Of a DNA stretch of 64,000 nt, positions 1-14,334 are shown one piece after another. The stretch covers positions 7,688,001 to 7,752,000 of the forward strand of contig NC_092672.1 in the NCBI RefSeq assembly GCF_964355755.1. Direction: 5' to 3'. Below the pieces are notes generated by a model. That model saw nothing but the letters and a program-made list of their open reading frames with translations. It did not search any database and was not told the DNA's origin. The translations under genes and the position numbers were made by a program. Origin of the DNA: Antedon mediterranea. Lineage: Eukaryota > Animalia > Echinodermata. Numbering within the stretch: the stretch's first letter is position 1; each line of letters opens with the position of its first letter.

Positions 1-3000
1 AGTCCAGATTGCAAAGTCCATTTTCAACCAGCACCTATGAATTAAAATAATAAAAGAATCAAAGTTATGTGTGCATTTTATCTTTTTCTTAAGCATAAAC
101 AGAACTTGTTAAACTCAAGAAAAATTATTACAAAATAACCTATGACAGTAACCTATAAGACATTTAAACTGTTATCATTTGGAGTATAGGGTGTGGTAAT
201 CAATATCATACAGAACGCGACGAATACTGTGCAAGCCATTGTTAACGCATATTTTTATGTTCGCTAAACAATGTAAATGATACAAGCATAGAATTTTACA
301 CTTCATCGGAAACGTAGTTTTTCCTTGTACATCCAGCCGTCACTCCTACGATTATACTAGGAACTATCCAGCCAAGATAACGGCTAAATAAAAAGCGTCG
401 TTCGTGGTTAGCAAACGGATGTCTGATCTTCATGTACACGTCTGTAGACACAATTAGCATCCATGCAAAGGCGGCTAAGAGACTGTAATGTAAGCAACCA
501 GCAATGGCAGCACATACAATCTGGAAAAAAACGAAGAATAATGAGGAAGACGAAGAAAAGGATGAATATCTTAAACAAAAATAAGGACAGTCGACTCAGA
601 AAAAACAGTAAAGTTTTTTTTATAAATATAATAGTATGCTATATCTAGGAAAATGTACTTTAAGCAAGTTTATGTTCGATACTATGATATCGTCTTCCAG
701 TGCCGCCTTTTGTTTTATTAATATTTACAGTAAATCTGAAAACAGGCTAAATGTGGAAAGGGTTAAAAACGCCAGAGCGGCCGATAACAGTGTTGCCAAA
801 AACACTGAATATATTCTATTTTGAAGAATTCATTAAGGAGAGTATGTTTGGAAGGAGTGATGGCATGCCTTTTATGTAGACATATTCTCAGTACTGTATC
901 TCCGCATAAATATTTGTATGATAATAAATATATATAAGGAATATTGGTAATACAGCATCTAATATGTATCGCATGTTGTGCCTGTATCCTAAAAGGTTAA
1001 GGGTTAGCTTATGTTGTACGATACTAGGAGATACATTTCTAGGATACTGGGCAAATCTAGATACAGTACTGCGAATCGGCTGATGATCACCATATCAACC
1101 AAATTTCCAAAGTACAGTATTTGCAAATAAACAATTATTAACTCTGACAAATTTTATTTTGTATAAAGTCATAATAAAATATTTTTTTAAAATAAAATTT
1201 AAATTAAACTTACCTTATTTTTAACATTCACACCTAGGAAGGCATAGAAGAAATTGACGATAAGTAGAGCAACTACCAGATGACAAAGGATTTTATGGCG
1301 CTCAGAATTTCTTAAGCTTCTAAAATAGTAATAATTTTTAGAATCAATTTTAGAATCCAAACATGATTTTATTTTGTTTTTATTTATTTATTTAGGTTTA
1401 AAAACACATACAAAACAGCAGCCATTGGCTGATAACGTTTGTTTACAATCAATATACATATATAATTAAAAGATTAAAGTTTTATTTGAATTAGGACAGT
1501 GGATGTAAACACAACGTCTACTAACTGTATCAATTAAGAGGCTACATAGAAAACATAGCAGGAAAAAATGTTACTTAAGATTATTTTTCGCATTAATATT
1601 ATTATAATAACAAGTGTTAGTGCAAACTTTGTGTCTTAAACAGTTAAATCATGTTTTGTATTTGATAACTTACTTGAAACTGTATATAGTAATCAGGGTT
1701 ATAATAAGAAACAAACTGGAAATACCAAGTCCAACGTTAGTAATTATTGATAAAGTCTTGTCATTAATATTTGACTATAAAACAGAAAGTAATAATAATA
1801 TAATCAATAAACAAAAAGTAGTCGATTTACTAATTGTTAATTTGATTGACTATTCTAACGTCTTCTTCAGTTAAACAGGTTTTCGACAAAGATTTTCAAG
1901 TACATCATGTTGATTCACTCCAACACCTTAACTTATATCATTGAGGTCTCATTCGTATTCAACACATAGTAAACGCATTCAAGTATGTTTTATAACTGTT
2001 ATTTTTTTGTTGTTTATAAATGTTACATTTATAAACAACAACAAATTAATTTATTTATTTTAATCAGGGAAGATAAGTTCAATCCTTCCTTCCATTTATA
2101 TATATAATTAATCATATTTTACCGGTATCGGTTTCATCAAAACGACAAATGACGTCATATGATTACATCTGCATATCACACCATCAATATGGTAGTTTTC
2201 ATAAAAAGTAGAACAACCTTCTGTTGACCATATCCTTAATAAAAAAGTTATTTAACAAGACCTTTAACAATACTGTACCTGACATTTCAAAAACCATTAA
2301 ACATTTCAAAACAAAGTTATTTTTCGTAAATGTGGTATCAATAAGCAACATTCGTCGTAATAGGAGGCACCACTAGGCGATCAATAGGGGAGCTTTCGAT
2401 TTCCAATGAAAAACGATCTTGACAACCTACATCATGGTAATTCACTGTGCGCATGCGGGGATATTGGGACGTGACTCCTCGCTTCAAACCCTGACATAGT
2501 TTTGATGGTTTCTAGATACAAACGACGATCGACGAAACATCGATTGACCTAACCTAGCCAGGTCGTCACAAATCGCAAGCTACCTAATGTTTAGGTTGGA
2601 TCACGGAAGAGTGAACTGAAGCAACGCATGAGGACGTTGATGTGACGCAAGTAAGCGGCTTATCCGAACTTATCTGTCCCACTTGTCTCTCTTTCATTTA
2701 TCATATTTCTATTAATAAATAACTGCCTATACTTACGGCTCTGAAGAGTCCATATTTTCAGTATAATAACACGCTGGTATATATTTCACATTTGTCGAAT
2801 TTTCATTTGTAATGTTCTTGAAAGACAGATATTATTAATAATAATTATACGTTTATATTATGTTTAAATCTTTTAAAACAACCGTTAGTTGCTTAAAACG
2901 TACCTTAATAACAGGAAACTTAATCTCTAAATTCATACCAACTTCCTCGCCTTTGTCATCATATACGTCGATAGTGACAATGTCAGATGAACTTATCATC

Positions 3001-6000
3001 TCCTCATCGTCCCTTTTATAATCGAAAATAAATTAACATAAGAATTTAATAAAATTATACAGTGTACAGTAAAATGATAATTACAATGGTATGTTTTGTT
3101 TATATGTTTTAGAAACTGCAAAACCCTCCTGACAAATTGGATTTTGTTAGTTCTCTACTTGAGTTATCAAGTTAAAAAAAGTAAAATTATTATTTTTGTT
3201 TTGATCTCTGTATGTGTTTCCACCAGACTGTACTGACATTAATAATGATATAACCGTATTAAAAAAAGTTAATTGTCTATGATGTAATAGTAAATGAATA
3301 AAAGAATGTTTTTAAAATAATAATAATATAAATATTAACTTACTGACTTTCTACGTTGAAATGAGTATCTTCGTCAACAGTTTCCTTTTCTGCAACGATT
3401 GTGTATTTTCCATCTAGACAAAGAGGTGAAATATTTGCAAGGCAAAGAGTGATCAGTGAAAATAAAAGAATTATGTAGAGTGAGAGTATCTCAACATTAT
3501 TCCGCATTGTTGAAGAAGGCAGAGTTGTAGGACTAACCTTTAATAAATGTTATAATTATATCAATTAAAAGGTGGTGGTTAGTGGGTTGTTATAATAAAT
3601 ACTTGCGATAATCAAATGTAATGAATATAACTGAAATGCAAACAACTCTTCTGCCTGTAAACAAACATAAGTCCTGGCAAAGACTTTATAATCGATTAGC
3701 GATAAATACGTAATTACAAATTAATATGCAGATTTCGAAAATACATTGTAATGGTTGTTATTACTAGCTATTAAAAATGTGTAAATCACACCTTCTTCTA
3801 TAGAACTATCTGTTGAAGTTGAGAATGTAATGCTATCTGGTTCCGCTGTTAGAGGAACGTCTTTTACCTCCGGTGATGTAATATTTTTGATAACTAAAAA
3901 AAAACAACAAAATGCAACATGTATTTGTCATGTCATCACTTAAATAATGCTACCCTAGATTTCCAGGTTCATAGTTTTAATAAAGTTAATCATTTGCGTA
4001 GAACAACAAAAAATGTTTTCAAAACAACAAAATAAAAGGTTAAATTCAACCAAAACCCCATTTACTTTTAGTTAAATTATAGGTTTTTTTACAGTATAAT
4101 ATACTAAATAATAATAACTATTATGAGACATTAAAATGGCATATTAAACAAACACATTTTTTTTTCAGGGGGACAATTCATCTTAAACAGTTTCCATATA
4201 ATCATTGGTCAGGCAATTTAAAACGTACTTGTTCTAACAAAAATAACAACAAAACAAAGTACTAATTTACTAAAAATAACATTTAATCAAGATATTTACC
4301 CTTAGTTACCGGGATGTTGGTAGTAGCAGGATTAGTAGTAATGGAATCGGTAGTAGCAGGATTAGTAATGGAATCGGTAGTAGCAGGATTAGTAGTAATG
4401 GAATCGGTACCGGTAGTAGCAGGATTAGTAGTAATGGAATCGGTAGTAGCAGGATTAGTAGTAATGGAATCGGTAGTAGCAGGATTAGTAGTAATGGAAT
4501 CGGTAGTAGCAGGATTAGTAGTAATTGAATCGGTAGTAGCAGGATTAGTAGTAATGGAATCGGTAGTAACATGATGACTAGTGGTGGAATCGGTAGTAGC
4601 AGGATGCGTAGTGGTGGTATCGTTAGTAGCAGGATGCGTAGTGGAGGTATCGGTAGTAGGATTATTCGTAGTAGTATCGACAGTGGTATTGGTAGTAGTA
4701 TCGACAGTGGTATCGGTAGTAGGATTATTCGTAGTAGTATTGGTAGGATTCGTAGTGATATCGGTAGTAGTGGGATTCGTAGTGATATCGGTAGTTGCGG
4801 GATTCGTATCGGTAGTAGCGGGATTCGTAGTGACATCGGTAGTAGCGGGATTCGCGGGATTCGTAGTGATATTGGTAGTAGCAGGATTCGTAGTGATATC
4901 GGTAGTAGTGGGATTCGTAGTAATATCGGTAGTAGCGGAATTCGTAGTGATTTCGGTAGTAACGGGATTCTTAGTGATACCGGTAGTAGCGGGATTCGTA
5001 GAGACATCGGTAGTAGCAGCAGGATTCGTACAGGTAGTTTTTGTGGTAGTGGCAGTATTCGTAGCACTATCTATATTCAGCAGTCATGCATGAAAATTAA
5101 AGAATCAGAAAGTAATAAATACTTGTTAAACCTAAACAAAATTGCTTGTATTTTAACATAAAAGAATAGAAAATCGTTCAAAAATAGTAATATCGACGAT
5201 TATTTAAAGGCATAGTATTAGTAGTACACACTCATCAGAGTCCGCCAGTATAATACATTTCTTACATATAAATTAAAATTTAACAGTAAGTTTGTTTTAA
5301 CCTACCCTTGGACACTTCTATACCAGCAAGGAAACCGCCATACGTTACACTCTCATCGGTAGTAAACCTTATAACCAATGTGTTACTTGAAGACAAAGTG
5401 TCTGGTGGCAAAGTATCATCATTGTATTTGGCAATCGTGTTTCCACCGTCAACTGACAAATAATCATAATGTTTTTCAATATGGAAATCGTAGAATTTTA
5501 GTAACAGCACATTTTCAGGATTTGTACAAAACGTCCAGGTGTAGTTCAGATGATTATCATATTTGTCTGGATAATTTTCTGATGTGATGTTCTTAGACTG
5601 GCTTGGATATAGAAAGTAATCACCGGACCATGTTGTTTGACCTTACAAAAGAAAAACATTTATTCATTAAAACTAATTGCCTAATCCAAACAACTACACA
5701 TTCCCCACCACCACACATAAAACCCCCAAAATGAGCAGTTATTGAAGTGTATACTTGATATAACCTGTTGTATAACAATAAGGATGGGCATATCCGTTTA
5801 AAACAATCGGATTTTTATCGGATTCCTATCAACTATTCAGGTAAGAATTGTTTACTTTACTTTTTTTGATGACAACGAAGAAAGTGTTTTCGCTGATAAA
5901 CCTGACCATGGTAATTTTTTTATATTATTACTTTATAATATTAAAGCCACTGTGGTCGTATAGTTTCTCTAGTTTTACTGATGAGGAGGTGATTGCGTTT

Positions 6001-9000
6001 CGACAGGGAAGTATGAAACTAACGACAACTAAAGATTCGTTACACACGCATCTAATTCATGCTCTAAATTGATCAAAACGTATTTTTAAGCATTTTAAAT
6101 TTTTAACGCGTCACATTGAAAAAACAATTAGGAATAAATTAAAACATTTGAAAGATATTGTAAATTGGTTGTGATCATTGTCATTTAACTTTTTGAGATA
6201 TTTGACACACACAATCTTTACAGAAAGAAATATAGACAATGGTTAGTATTACAGTAGCAATATCGGTAGCAGCAAGATTAGTAATACAGTAGTAGTAGCA
6301 GGATTAGTATCGGTAGTATCAGGATTAGTATAGTAATACGATCAGTAGTAGCATGATTAGTATCGGTAGTATCAGGATTAGTATAGTAATACTCTTAGTA
6401 GTAGCATGATTAGTATCGGTAGTATCAGGATTAGTATAGTAATACTATCAGTAGTAGCATGATTAGTATCGGTAGTATCAGGATTAGTATAGTAATACTA
6501 TCAGTAGTAGCATGATTAGTATCGGTAGTATCAGGATTAGAATATTAATACTATTAGTAGTAGCATGATTAGTATTGGTAGTATCAGGATTCGTATAGTA
6601 ATACTATCAGTAGTAGCATGATTAGTATCGGTAGTATCAGGATTAGTATAGTAATACTATCAGTAGTAGCATGATTAGTATCGGTAGTATCAGGATTAGT
6701 ATAGTAATACGATCAGTAGTAGCATGATTAGTATCGGTAGTATCAGGATTAGTATAGTAATACTATTAGTAGTAGCATGATTAGTATCGGTAGTATCAGG
6801 ATTAGTATAGTAATACTATCAGTAGTAGCATGATTAGTATCGGTAGTATCAGGATTAGTATAGTAATACTATAAGTAGTAGCAGGATTAGTATCAGTAAT
6901 ATCAGGATTAGTATAGTAATACTATCAGTAGTGGCAAAATTAGTATCGGTAGTATCAGGATTAATATAGTAATACTATCAGTTGTAGCATGATTAGTATC
7001 GGTAGTATCAGGATTAGTATAGTAATAATATCAGTAGTAGCAGGATTAGTATCAGTAATATCAGGATTAATATAGTAATACTATCAGTAGTGGAAAAATT
7101 AGTATCGGTAGTATCAGGATTAGTATAGTAATACTATCAGTAGTAGCAGAATTAGTATCGGTTGTATAAGGATTTATAGTATACTAATACTATCAGTAGT
7201 AGCAGAATTAGTATCGGTAGTAATCAGGATTAGTATAGTAGTACTCTAAAGTAGTAGCAGAATTAGTATCGGTAGTATCAGGATTTATAGTATAGTACTA
7301 CTATCAGTTGTAGCAGGATTAGTATCGGTAGTATCGGGATTACTATAGTAATACTATCAGTAGTAGCAGAAATAGTAAATTAATATCCGGCAATATGGTA
7401 ATGTGAAGGGAGCCTCGACCTGCCACTATCTTGTACGACTTATTCATGACCTGTGTTCTGCAGTTGACAAAAATCGCAATATTGGCACAGCCGTACTCAC
7501 GGACTTCACCAAAGCGTTTGATCTTATTGAACATAACATCTTAATTAATAAAATTATCAATATTGGAGTCCGTGGGTCGATCATCCCTTGGATTTACAAT
7601 TTTCTCAGCTGCAGAGAACAGTGTGTCAGGTATAGCAACACTATCTAATTACATCCCTCTTAAAGGTGGTGTCCCCATGAGGACTAAGCTTGGGCCTATA
7701 GGTTTCCAGATTCTGGTGAATGATTCACGACAAAGTACGACTACAAAATATTTGTTTTAGCCTACCCTTGTACACTTCTACACCAGCAAGGAAACCGTCA
7801 AACGTTACACTGTAATCGGTAATAAACCTTATAACCAATGTGTTATTTGAAGACAAAGTGTCTGGTGGCAAATTATAACTATCGTATTTGACAGTCGTGC
7901 TTCCATCGTCAACTGACACATAATCATAGCCTGTTTCAATCTGGAACTTGTAGAATTTTAGTAACAGCACATTTTCAGGATTTGTATGAAACGTCCAGGT
8001 GTAGATCAGATCATTTTCATATTTGTCTGGATAATTTTCTGATGTGATGGTCTTAGACTGGCTTGGATATAGAAAGTACTCACCGGACCATGTTGTTTTA
8101 CCTTACAAAAGAAAAACATTTATTTATTAAAACTAATTGTCTAATCCAAACAACCACAGTTCCCCCACATACACATAAAACTCCCAAAATGAGCAATTAT
8201 TGAAGTGTATACTTGATATAACCTGTTGTATAAAAATGAGGATTTGCATATCCATTTAAAGCAATCGGATTTTTACGATTCCTATCGACTATTCAGGAAA
8301 GAATTCTTTACTCTACTTTTTTGATGACAACGTTGAAAGTTTTTTTCGCTGTAAACCTGACCATGATAATTTTTTATTTTATTACTAAAATCACCCTGGT
8401 CGTATAGTTTATCAGTTTCACTGATGAGGAGGTGGCTGCGTTTCAGAAGAGTTAAATTCGATAAACTAAATATTCGACAACTAACGAAAACTAAATATTC
8501 GTTACACATGATACTGAGAACACGTTCAGCCACGACGTGGTTGTGACAGTGTCAAGAACACTGTGTTCTTCAAAACATTTGTTTCAAGAGACTGAGAACA
8601 CGTTCAGTCATGACGTGGTTGTGACAGTGTCAAGAAGACTGTGTTCTTCAAGATATTTGTTTCAAAAGACTGAGAACACGTTCAGCCATGACGTTGTTGT
8701 GACAGTGTCAAGAACACTGTATTCTTCAGGACATTTGTTTCAAGGGACTGAGAACACGTTCAGCCATGACGTGGTTGTGACAGTGTCAAGAACACTGTGT
8801 TCATCAAGACATTTGTTTCAAGAAACTGAGAACACGTTCAGTCATGACGTGGTGGTGACAGTGTCAATACTGTATTCTTCAGGACATTTGTTTCAAGAGA
8901 CTGAGAACACGTTCAGCCATGAGGTGGTTGTGACAGTGTCAAGAACACTGTATTCTTCAGGACATTTGTTTCAAGAGACTGAGAACACGTTCAGCCATGA

Positions 9001-9493
9001 CGTGGTTGTGACAGTGTCAAGAACACTGTATTCTTCAGGACATTTGTTTCAAGAGACTGAGAACACGTTCAGCCATGACGTGGTTGTGACAGTGTCAAGA
9101 ACACTGTGTTCATCAAGACATTTGTTTCAAGAGACTGAGAACACGTTCAGACATGCCGTGGTTGTGACAGTGTCAAGAACACTGTATTATTCAGGACATT
9201 TGTTTCAAGAGACTGAGAACACGTTCAGCCATGACGTGGTTGTGACAGTGTCAAGAAGACTGTGTTCATCAAGACATTTGTTTCAAGAGACTGAGAATAT
9301 GTTTAGTGACAACTGACAACGCTAAATCACTTGTTGTCAGTTATCAATAACAAACTGAAGGAAGTCCATTTCTGCGTGGTAATGTTAATGCCTGTTAAGA
9401 TAGCTGCTCAATAGATTAGTTGAACTTACCAAAAGAAAAGTAATTTAAGTTGATGACAAAAGACAGAACTGCTTTCAACAAAACACGTTTCAT
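1..9493 (-). CDS. Adhesion GPCR copy 1 (signal-CUB-CUB-Thr-rich mucin-GAIN/GPS-7TM), 3' end off the window
   Basis: Hand-spliced GT-AG exons: 9430-9493 (MKRVLLKAVLSFVINLNYFSF), CUB 7766-8101, CUB 5306-5641, mucin 4300-5070 (open Thr-rich frame), 3792-3893, 2904-3012, 2737-2816, GPS 2123-2234 (WSTEGC...CRCNHMTSFVVLM), TM1 1674-1774, TM2 1214-1319, TM3-4 300-520 (CAAIAGCLHYSLLAAFAWM...GWIVP), 1-34 (CWLKMD). Exons between about 3085 and 3654 could not be resolved cleanly. Confidence 0.85.
6243..7375. repeat. 53-bp minisatellite, about 20 copies
   Basis: Unit TAGTATCGGTAGTATCAGGATTAGTATAGTAATACTATCAGTAGTAGCATGAT; the period is seen at 6308, 6361 and 6414. Confidence 0.9.
7403..7735 (+). mobile_element. 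Non-LTR (CR1/L2-like) reverse transcriptase fragment
   Basis: ST.HYL...DFTKAFDLIEH.IL...WIYNFL..R.Q.V, then a frameshift to GGVPMRTKLGPIGFQILVND. Confidence 0.85.
8510..9310. repeat. 78-bp minisatellite, about 10 copies, aGPCR1 intron 1
   Basis: Unit GAGACTGAGAACACGTTCAGCCATGACGTGGTTGTGACAGTGTCAAGAACACTG... Confidence 0.92.
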
Positions 9494-10648
9494 GATGACG
9501 TTGACATGATATCAAGAAATAAAGTACTCTGTGTATCGTATTTCTTCCAAATGATTCAAACAATTATAATCGTAACAACATTTTCTCTGTTAATATTCTA
9601 CAGATTTAACTTATTTAAGCAACTTATTAAGTAGTTAATGATGACAAAATTACACATTAGTGAAAGTGCCAAGATTGAATATTACATCTTAGTGAACGCA
9701 ATATAATCATTATTATGGCTTTTAGTCTTCTCCGTCACTATAGAAAGAACATTAAATTTAAAAAGTAAATAACATGGTATATTGATTTTATGATATATTT
9801 ATATTATTAAGTTAGAAAGTCATCAATGCTCTACAGTAGACCTACTAAAATGAGGAAATAAATACAAAACATACACAGCTAAGTAACAATATTGTAAAGT
9901 GCTATGATTGTATATTACCTCATCTTAATAAACTCAACACTGTTATTAATATTAGATTTTAATATATCGTTACTATGGAAAGGAAATTCAAGTGGTATTA
10001 TTTACTTTTAATATTAGTCTAAAAGTCATCACCAATACTTATATTGAAAATACGTGCTCGTATAGCACTATTTCAAGTTATTTTAATGTACTAAGGAAGG
10101 TTAGTAGAATGCGATTTGCACAAAAAAAATCGTATTGATGCGCAATCATTTTCTGAAACACGAGAATGGCATAATCCATGCTCTAAATTGATCAAAACGT
10201 AATTTTAAGCATTTTTGTGATTTAGAGTGATCACACTGGAAAGCTAATTAGGAAAAAATTAAATTATTTAAAAAATATTGTAACATTTTTGTGATCATTG
10301 TCATTTATCTTTTTGAGACACACATCTGTACAGAAAGAAATAAAGAAGAATAATAATAATAAAATGTCATACATAGGTATAGGTGATTTAATTTAAATTA
10401 TCACCTTATAAGTTGTTGACGATGTTATTTGGAATGTCGACCAAAAACACCAATGGTTTCAGCAGCTGAAAGAACGAGTGAACAACTAAATACAGCGATG
10501 TCACTTTATTTTCAAATAGACACATTTACAGTAGAACAATTTTGAAATAAAATACACTATATTACATGTGTGCTACTATTATTGTATAGTTTGCACTACT
10601 GAGAAAGTACCAGTATGTAGACTAGAACCTGTATTATGTAAGACTTAC

Positions 10649-10710
10649 CTTGTCTTTGAGGTTGAAAGCTACGTTAGGCCTAGAATGTCCGTCGTCTTCA
10701 TGAACACTAA
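10649..10710 (-). promoter_or_regulatory. Candidate conserved 5' leader exon with uATG (also at 25985-26050 and 38675-38735)
   Basis: The block ATGA(A/C/T)GACGGACATTCTAGGCCTAACG...CAAG|GT is conserved about 1 kb upstream of three signal exons. Confidence 0.45.
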
Positions 10711-12390
10711 TTTCTTTTCGATCTGGTTGACATAATTTGTTATTGCAGAATTACTAAAACTGTAATACCAATGTATATGTATAGAAATACTGCGATTATT
10801 GCGTACATGTACGGGTATTGATTGATTGAGTGATTATTTGGATCAACCTATATTGGATAATGTACGACAAAGCTTTCAAAACAATGACACGTGACAAGTA
10901 ATACTTGTTTTTAAAAGCATTGCCGGCCGTCAGACGTGATTTATTTTATTAACAATATACTACTGAAAAAATAAATGAAAACTAAGTAATATTAAATATT
11001 AAGTGCAACAAATTATACGTAGATTAATGATTGATTTAAATTAAAATGATTCTGTACAAGGTTTGACCTAACACGTGATCACTTACTATGCAAATAGCGA
11101 TTTAATTAAATGTTTTATGAACTTGCTTACAAGTAATTCTACAAATATTAAAGTAATACAATTAATTAAAAACCAACATTTCAAATCATTGTACAGAAGT
11201 ATAATTGATTACAATTTAAAATTATTATATAGAAAAACATACGATAAACCTAAACTATAATATACTCTAAGACATTTTCTTTGGGAGTTAAACAAAGTAA
11301 AATTTGGTGAAACTAACCGACGTTTCGTGAACACTCGGTTTACATTTTGTGCTGTTCTAATAAAGAAACGCCGACTAACAGTTTCAATATAAAGTATATA
11401 AACATCACAATTTACACAATTATTTTTTTAAAGAAAGTATGCACTCTAACATGGAAATTATATTTATTTAAATTCTGCATAATTGTTGTATAATTGTTAT
11501 AATATTGTATGAGGCAGCGAATGCTGTAATGATATTAAAAGATTTATACACACTTTGCGACCAGAAATCACATTAAATTAATAATTTCATTCATTTTGCC
11601 AAGATAGATCTTAGGTATAACCACACCATATTCAATTGAGAATGAAGTATCTAGTTTAGGCATGGCAACTCAATCTCAAACTTTAAATCTATGTATACAT
11701 TATGTACATATATATGGACATATTGCTTTAATGATAGAATATACTTTTAAAGCATTTTCTTCCTAATTTGAGACTTATAAACACTAAATTCTAATCGGAT
11801 TTTCTTAATCCTCCTCATTAGTTTGTGTTGATTGACATGTAGCTATTTCATATTGATTAGGCATCTGTGATTCCAGGTGGTCTGGTGCGCAGGACATCGT
11901 GGTACTAGGTGTAGGAGTCAAAACGTCGTTAGGTTGTATGGATGTTTCATATAAGTTTTTCTTTGTGTAGATACACGGCTCATACTTGCATGCGGTGTCT
12001 TTTGCTGATTATGTCATTTTATATTCCTAATAGAAAAGAACACAAAAAACAATTTAGTATTTGTAAATGTGTATATTATTCGTTACCGTGCATAAGACAA
12101 AAGTATACTAATAAAAAATAATAGAAACAGATATACATACCATTTCTGCGTTAGACTCCATTTGTAAGTAATCATTTTTCGTCGCATTCTCTAACAAAGT
12201 ATCTAATTCATTGAACAGAATGTCAAAGGTCGGTCGTTTATCAGGAGATTTCTTCCAACATCTCTTCATTATAGAATATCTGTAAAAAAGTAATATATTT
12301 CGTTTTTGAAGAATTTAAGAATGACTAAGTCTACCGTTTAATTCTTTTAATGTAAATAAATAAAACTATGATAACTCAGGTTTTATTTAA

Positions 12391-13133
12391 CAAGGCCATA
12401 TAGATGGCTGCAGTCGCGTGCTCATTAGTGTTTACCGACCGACTGACCAACCTACCAACTGACCGAAATTACTGAACATGTTTAAAAATGTTGAAATATT
12501 TAAAAACATTTATATTTTTTTTAATTTACACGTGCGTAGCCTGTCACATTTGACGTGCTCGTTTAACGTAATTTCGAGTTGAAAAGTAAGTCAAGAAAAC
12601 AGAAATTGGGCAAAAAGAGTGCGCAATAACATTTAACGCGCAGTGCGCGCGCAAAAATTTTGTAAACGCTTAAAATTGCCTGAAACATACTGTTATTTCA
12701 TCGAAAATGAATTTTGAAAATTTTAAGCGCCCGTACGCATGCGTTACATGTGCTACGCACGTAACGTAATTGTATTGCCATATGATGATTTATGCCCTGA
12801 AATTTATGAGTACCAAATTTTATCTAATTGTGATTCATGGTTGTGAAGATATGATTACAAACGTGATTTCGTTAAATCGTGCGTAGATCGCGTAATTTTT
12901 TACTGGGCACCGTGAAAACATAACCACATCGATTCCTGGCCATAAGGAATATACTGTGAAAAATTGACTTAGCTAGATTAAACTGATATCAAGATAAGGT
13001 CAGAAAGTGATAAAACGCATAGTGATACCGGAACGACAGACAGACCGACAGACCGACCGACAGACGGACAGACCGACTGACCGACAGACCGACCGACCGA
13101 CATAGTGAACTATAGAGTCGCGTCCACGCGACT
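12391..13133 (-). mobile_element. Helentron-associated (DINE-1/HINE-like) non-autonomous element
   Basis: Palindrome AGTCGCGTGGACGCGACT, GTCG/GTCT microsatellite, matching subterminal CACGCGACT and a small terminal hairpin. Inserted in a T-run; absent from the paralogue near 40646. Confidence 0.8.
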
Positions 13134-14334
13134 AAAAACATTGAACGAGCTAAATTCTACATCGAATCACAAGTATATTTTTACAAATGGATCAAAATAA
13201 TATTTTGAAATACGTTAAATCATAAATTAAACTCTAATTTTATTTTAAACATATTAAACAAAATATGAGTACATAGGCTACTAATGCTTATAAACAAGTC
13301 ACCTTTTAATTATGTACATACTTTATTTAAACTATTATTTTGTTCCTATATTAAACGCAGTGATAGACACCGATTTAATGTAATTACGTTGCTTACACTT
13401 GGTGGGGGCAGTTGCCTGGCCGTGCCATTCGGTAACCTTGTTGCAGTTTCTTCGGATGCATTTCTATGAGAACATCCGGATATGGAACTTTTCCATAGGT
13501 AAATATTTCGTACAAAACAACACCAAAAGACCACCTGAATTTCACAATAAACAATATTCATTTATAATCACTAAAAAATGAACAAACTTCCTGCTACAAT
13601 TCCCATAAAAACATGGTTTTTCAGTGGTGTGAAATGTGCTTAAAGGTTTTGTGTGTATTTGATGTACGATATTAATATATAGTAATAATACCTGTAGATC
13701 AGATGCTATAATAATACCACGAATTAACCATGGCACTATACATTTAATTTTATAGCTTCATGAAAAAACTTACACGTCACTTTCTGATGACATCCGTTTT
13801 TCAAATATTGTTTCCAAGCTATACCATTTTACGGGTATCTCACCGTCGGATAGTTTGATGTAACCTCTCTCAAATACGTCTTGTCCCAGCCCAAAATCAG
13901 CAACTTTTGCAATCAGTTTTTCTCCAACTAGAATGTTTCTTGCAGCTAAATCACCGTGAACTATTTTGTTTGCAGCGACATAGTCCTAAAAATACAATTG
14001 GAAGCCTTACATTTTTATTATTAAAATAATTATATAATTATGCAAGTAGAAAAATAACTTGTGTTTATATTGTGTTCTTGAGATGTGTAGAATACAAGTA
14101 AGCGTCAAGCTCAGGCGGCGTTTGTAAGGCACTCATGACTCCAATTATATATAAACATTGTTTAATTTACAATATTAAAAATAGCAATAATAAATAACTA
14201 AATTACAAGTACATTACAACATATAAAAATGACATTAACATATTTAAAGCATAAATGATAAAATATTATTTAAAAATTAGGATGACTATAGCGAGGCATT
14301 TAATAAAAAGGCAAATTGCCTTAGAATGTAAAGT

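Noticed and set aside
463-824. Duplicated small plus-strand ORFs (also 29424-29785)
   Set aside because: Antisense to aGPCR exon and intron; conserved only because the whole block is near-identical.
3085-3654. Possible frameshifts in N-terminal GAIN exons
   Set aside because: Several acceptor/donor choices exist, so neither an intact nor a broken frame can be established without transcripts.
8537-9316. 259-aa repetitive ORF; superficial CRISPR-like periodicity
   Set aside because: A 78-bp intronic minisatellite with no unique spacers; copy number differs in the paralogue and there are no cas genes.
13346-13561. ORF-track peptide VVFWCCFVRN (also 40869-41057)
   Set aside because: Wrong frame; the real exon reads WSFGVVLYEIFTYGKVPY.
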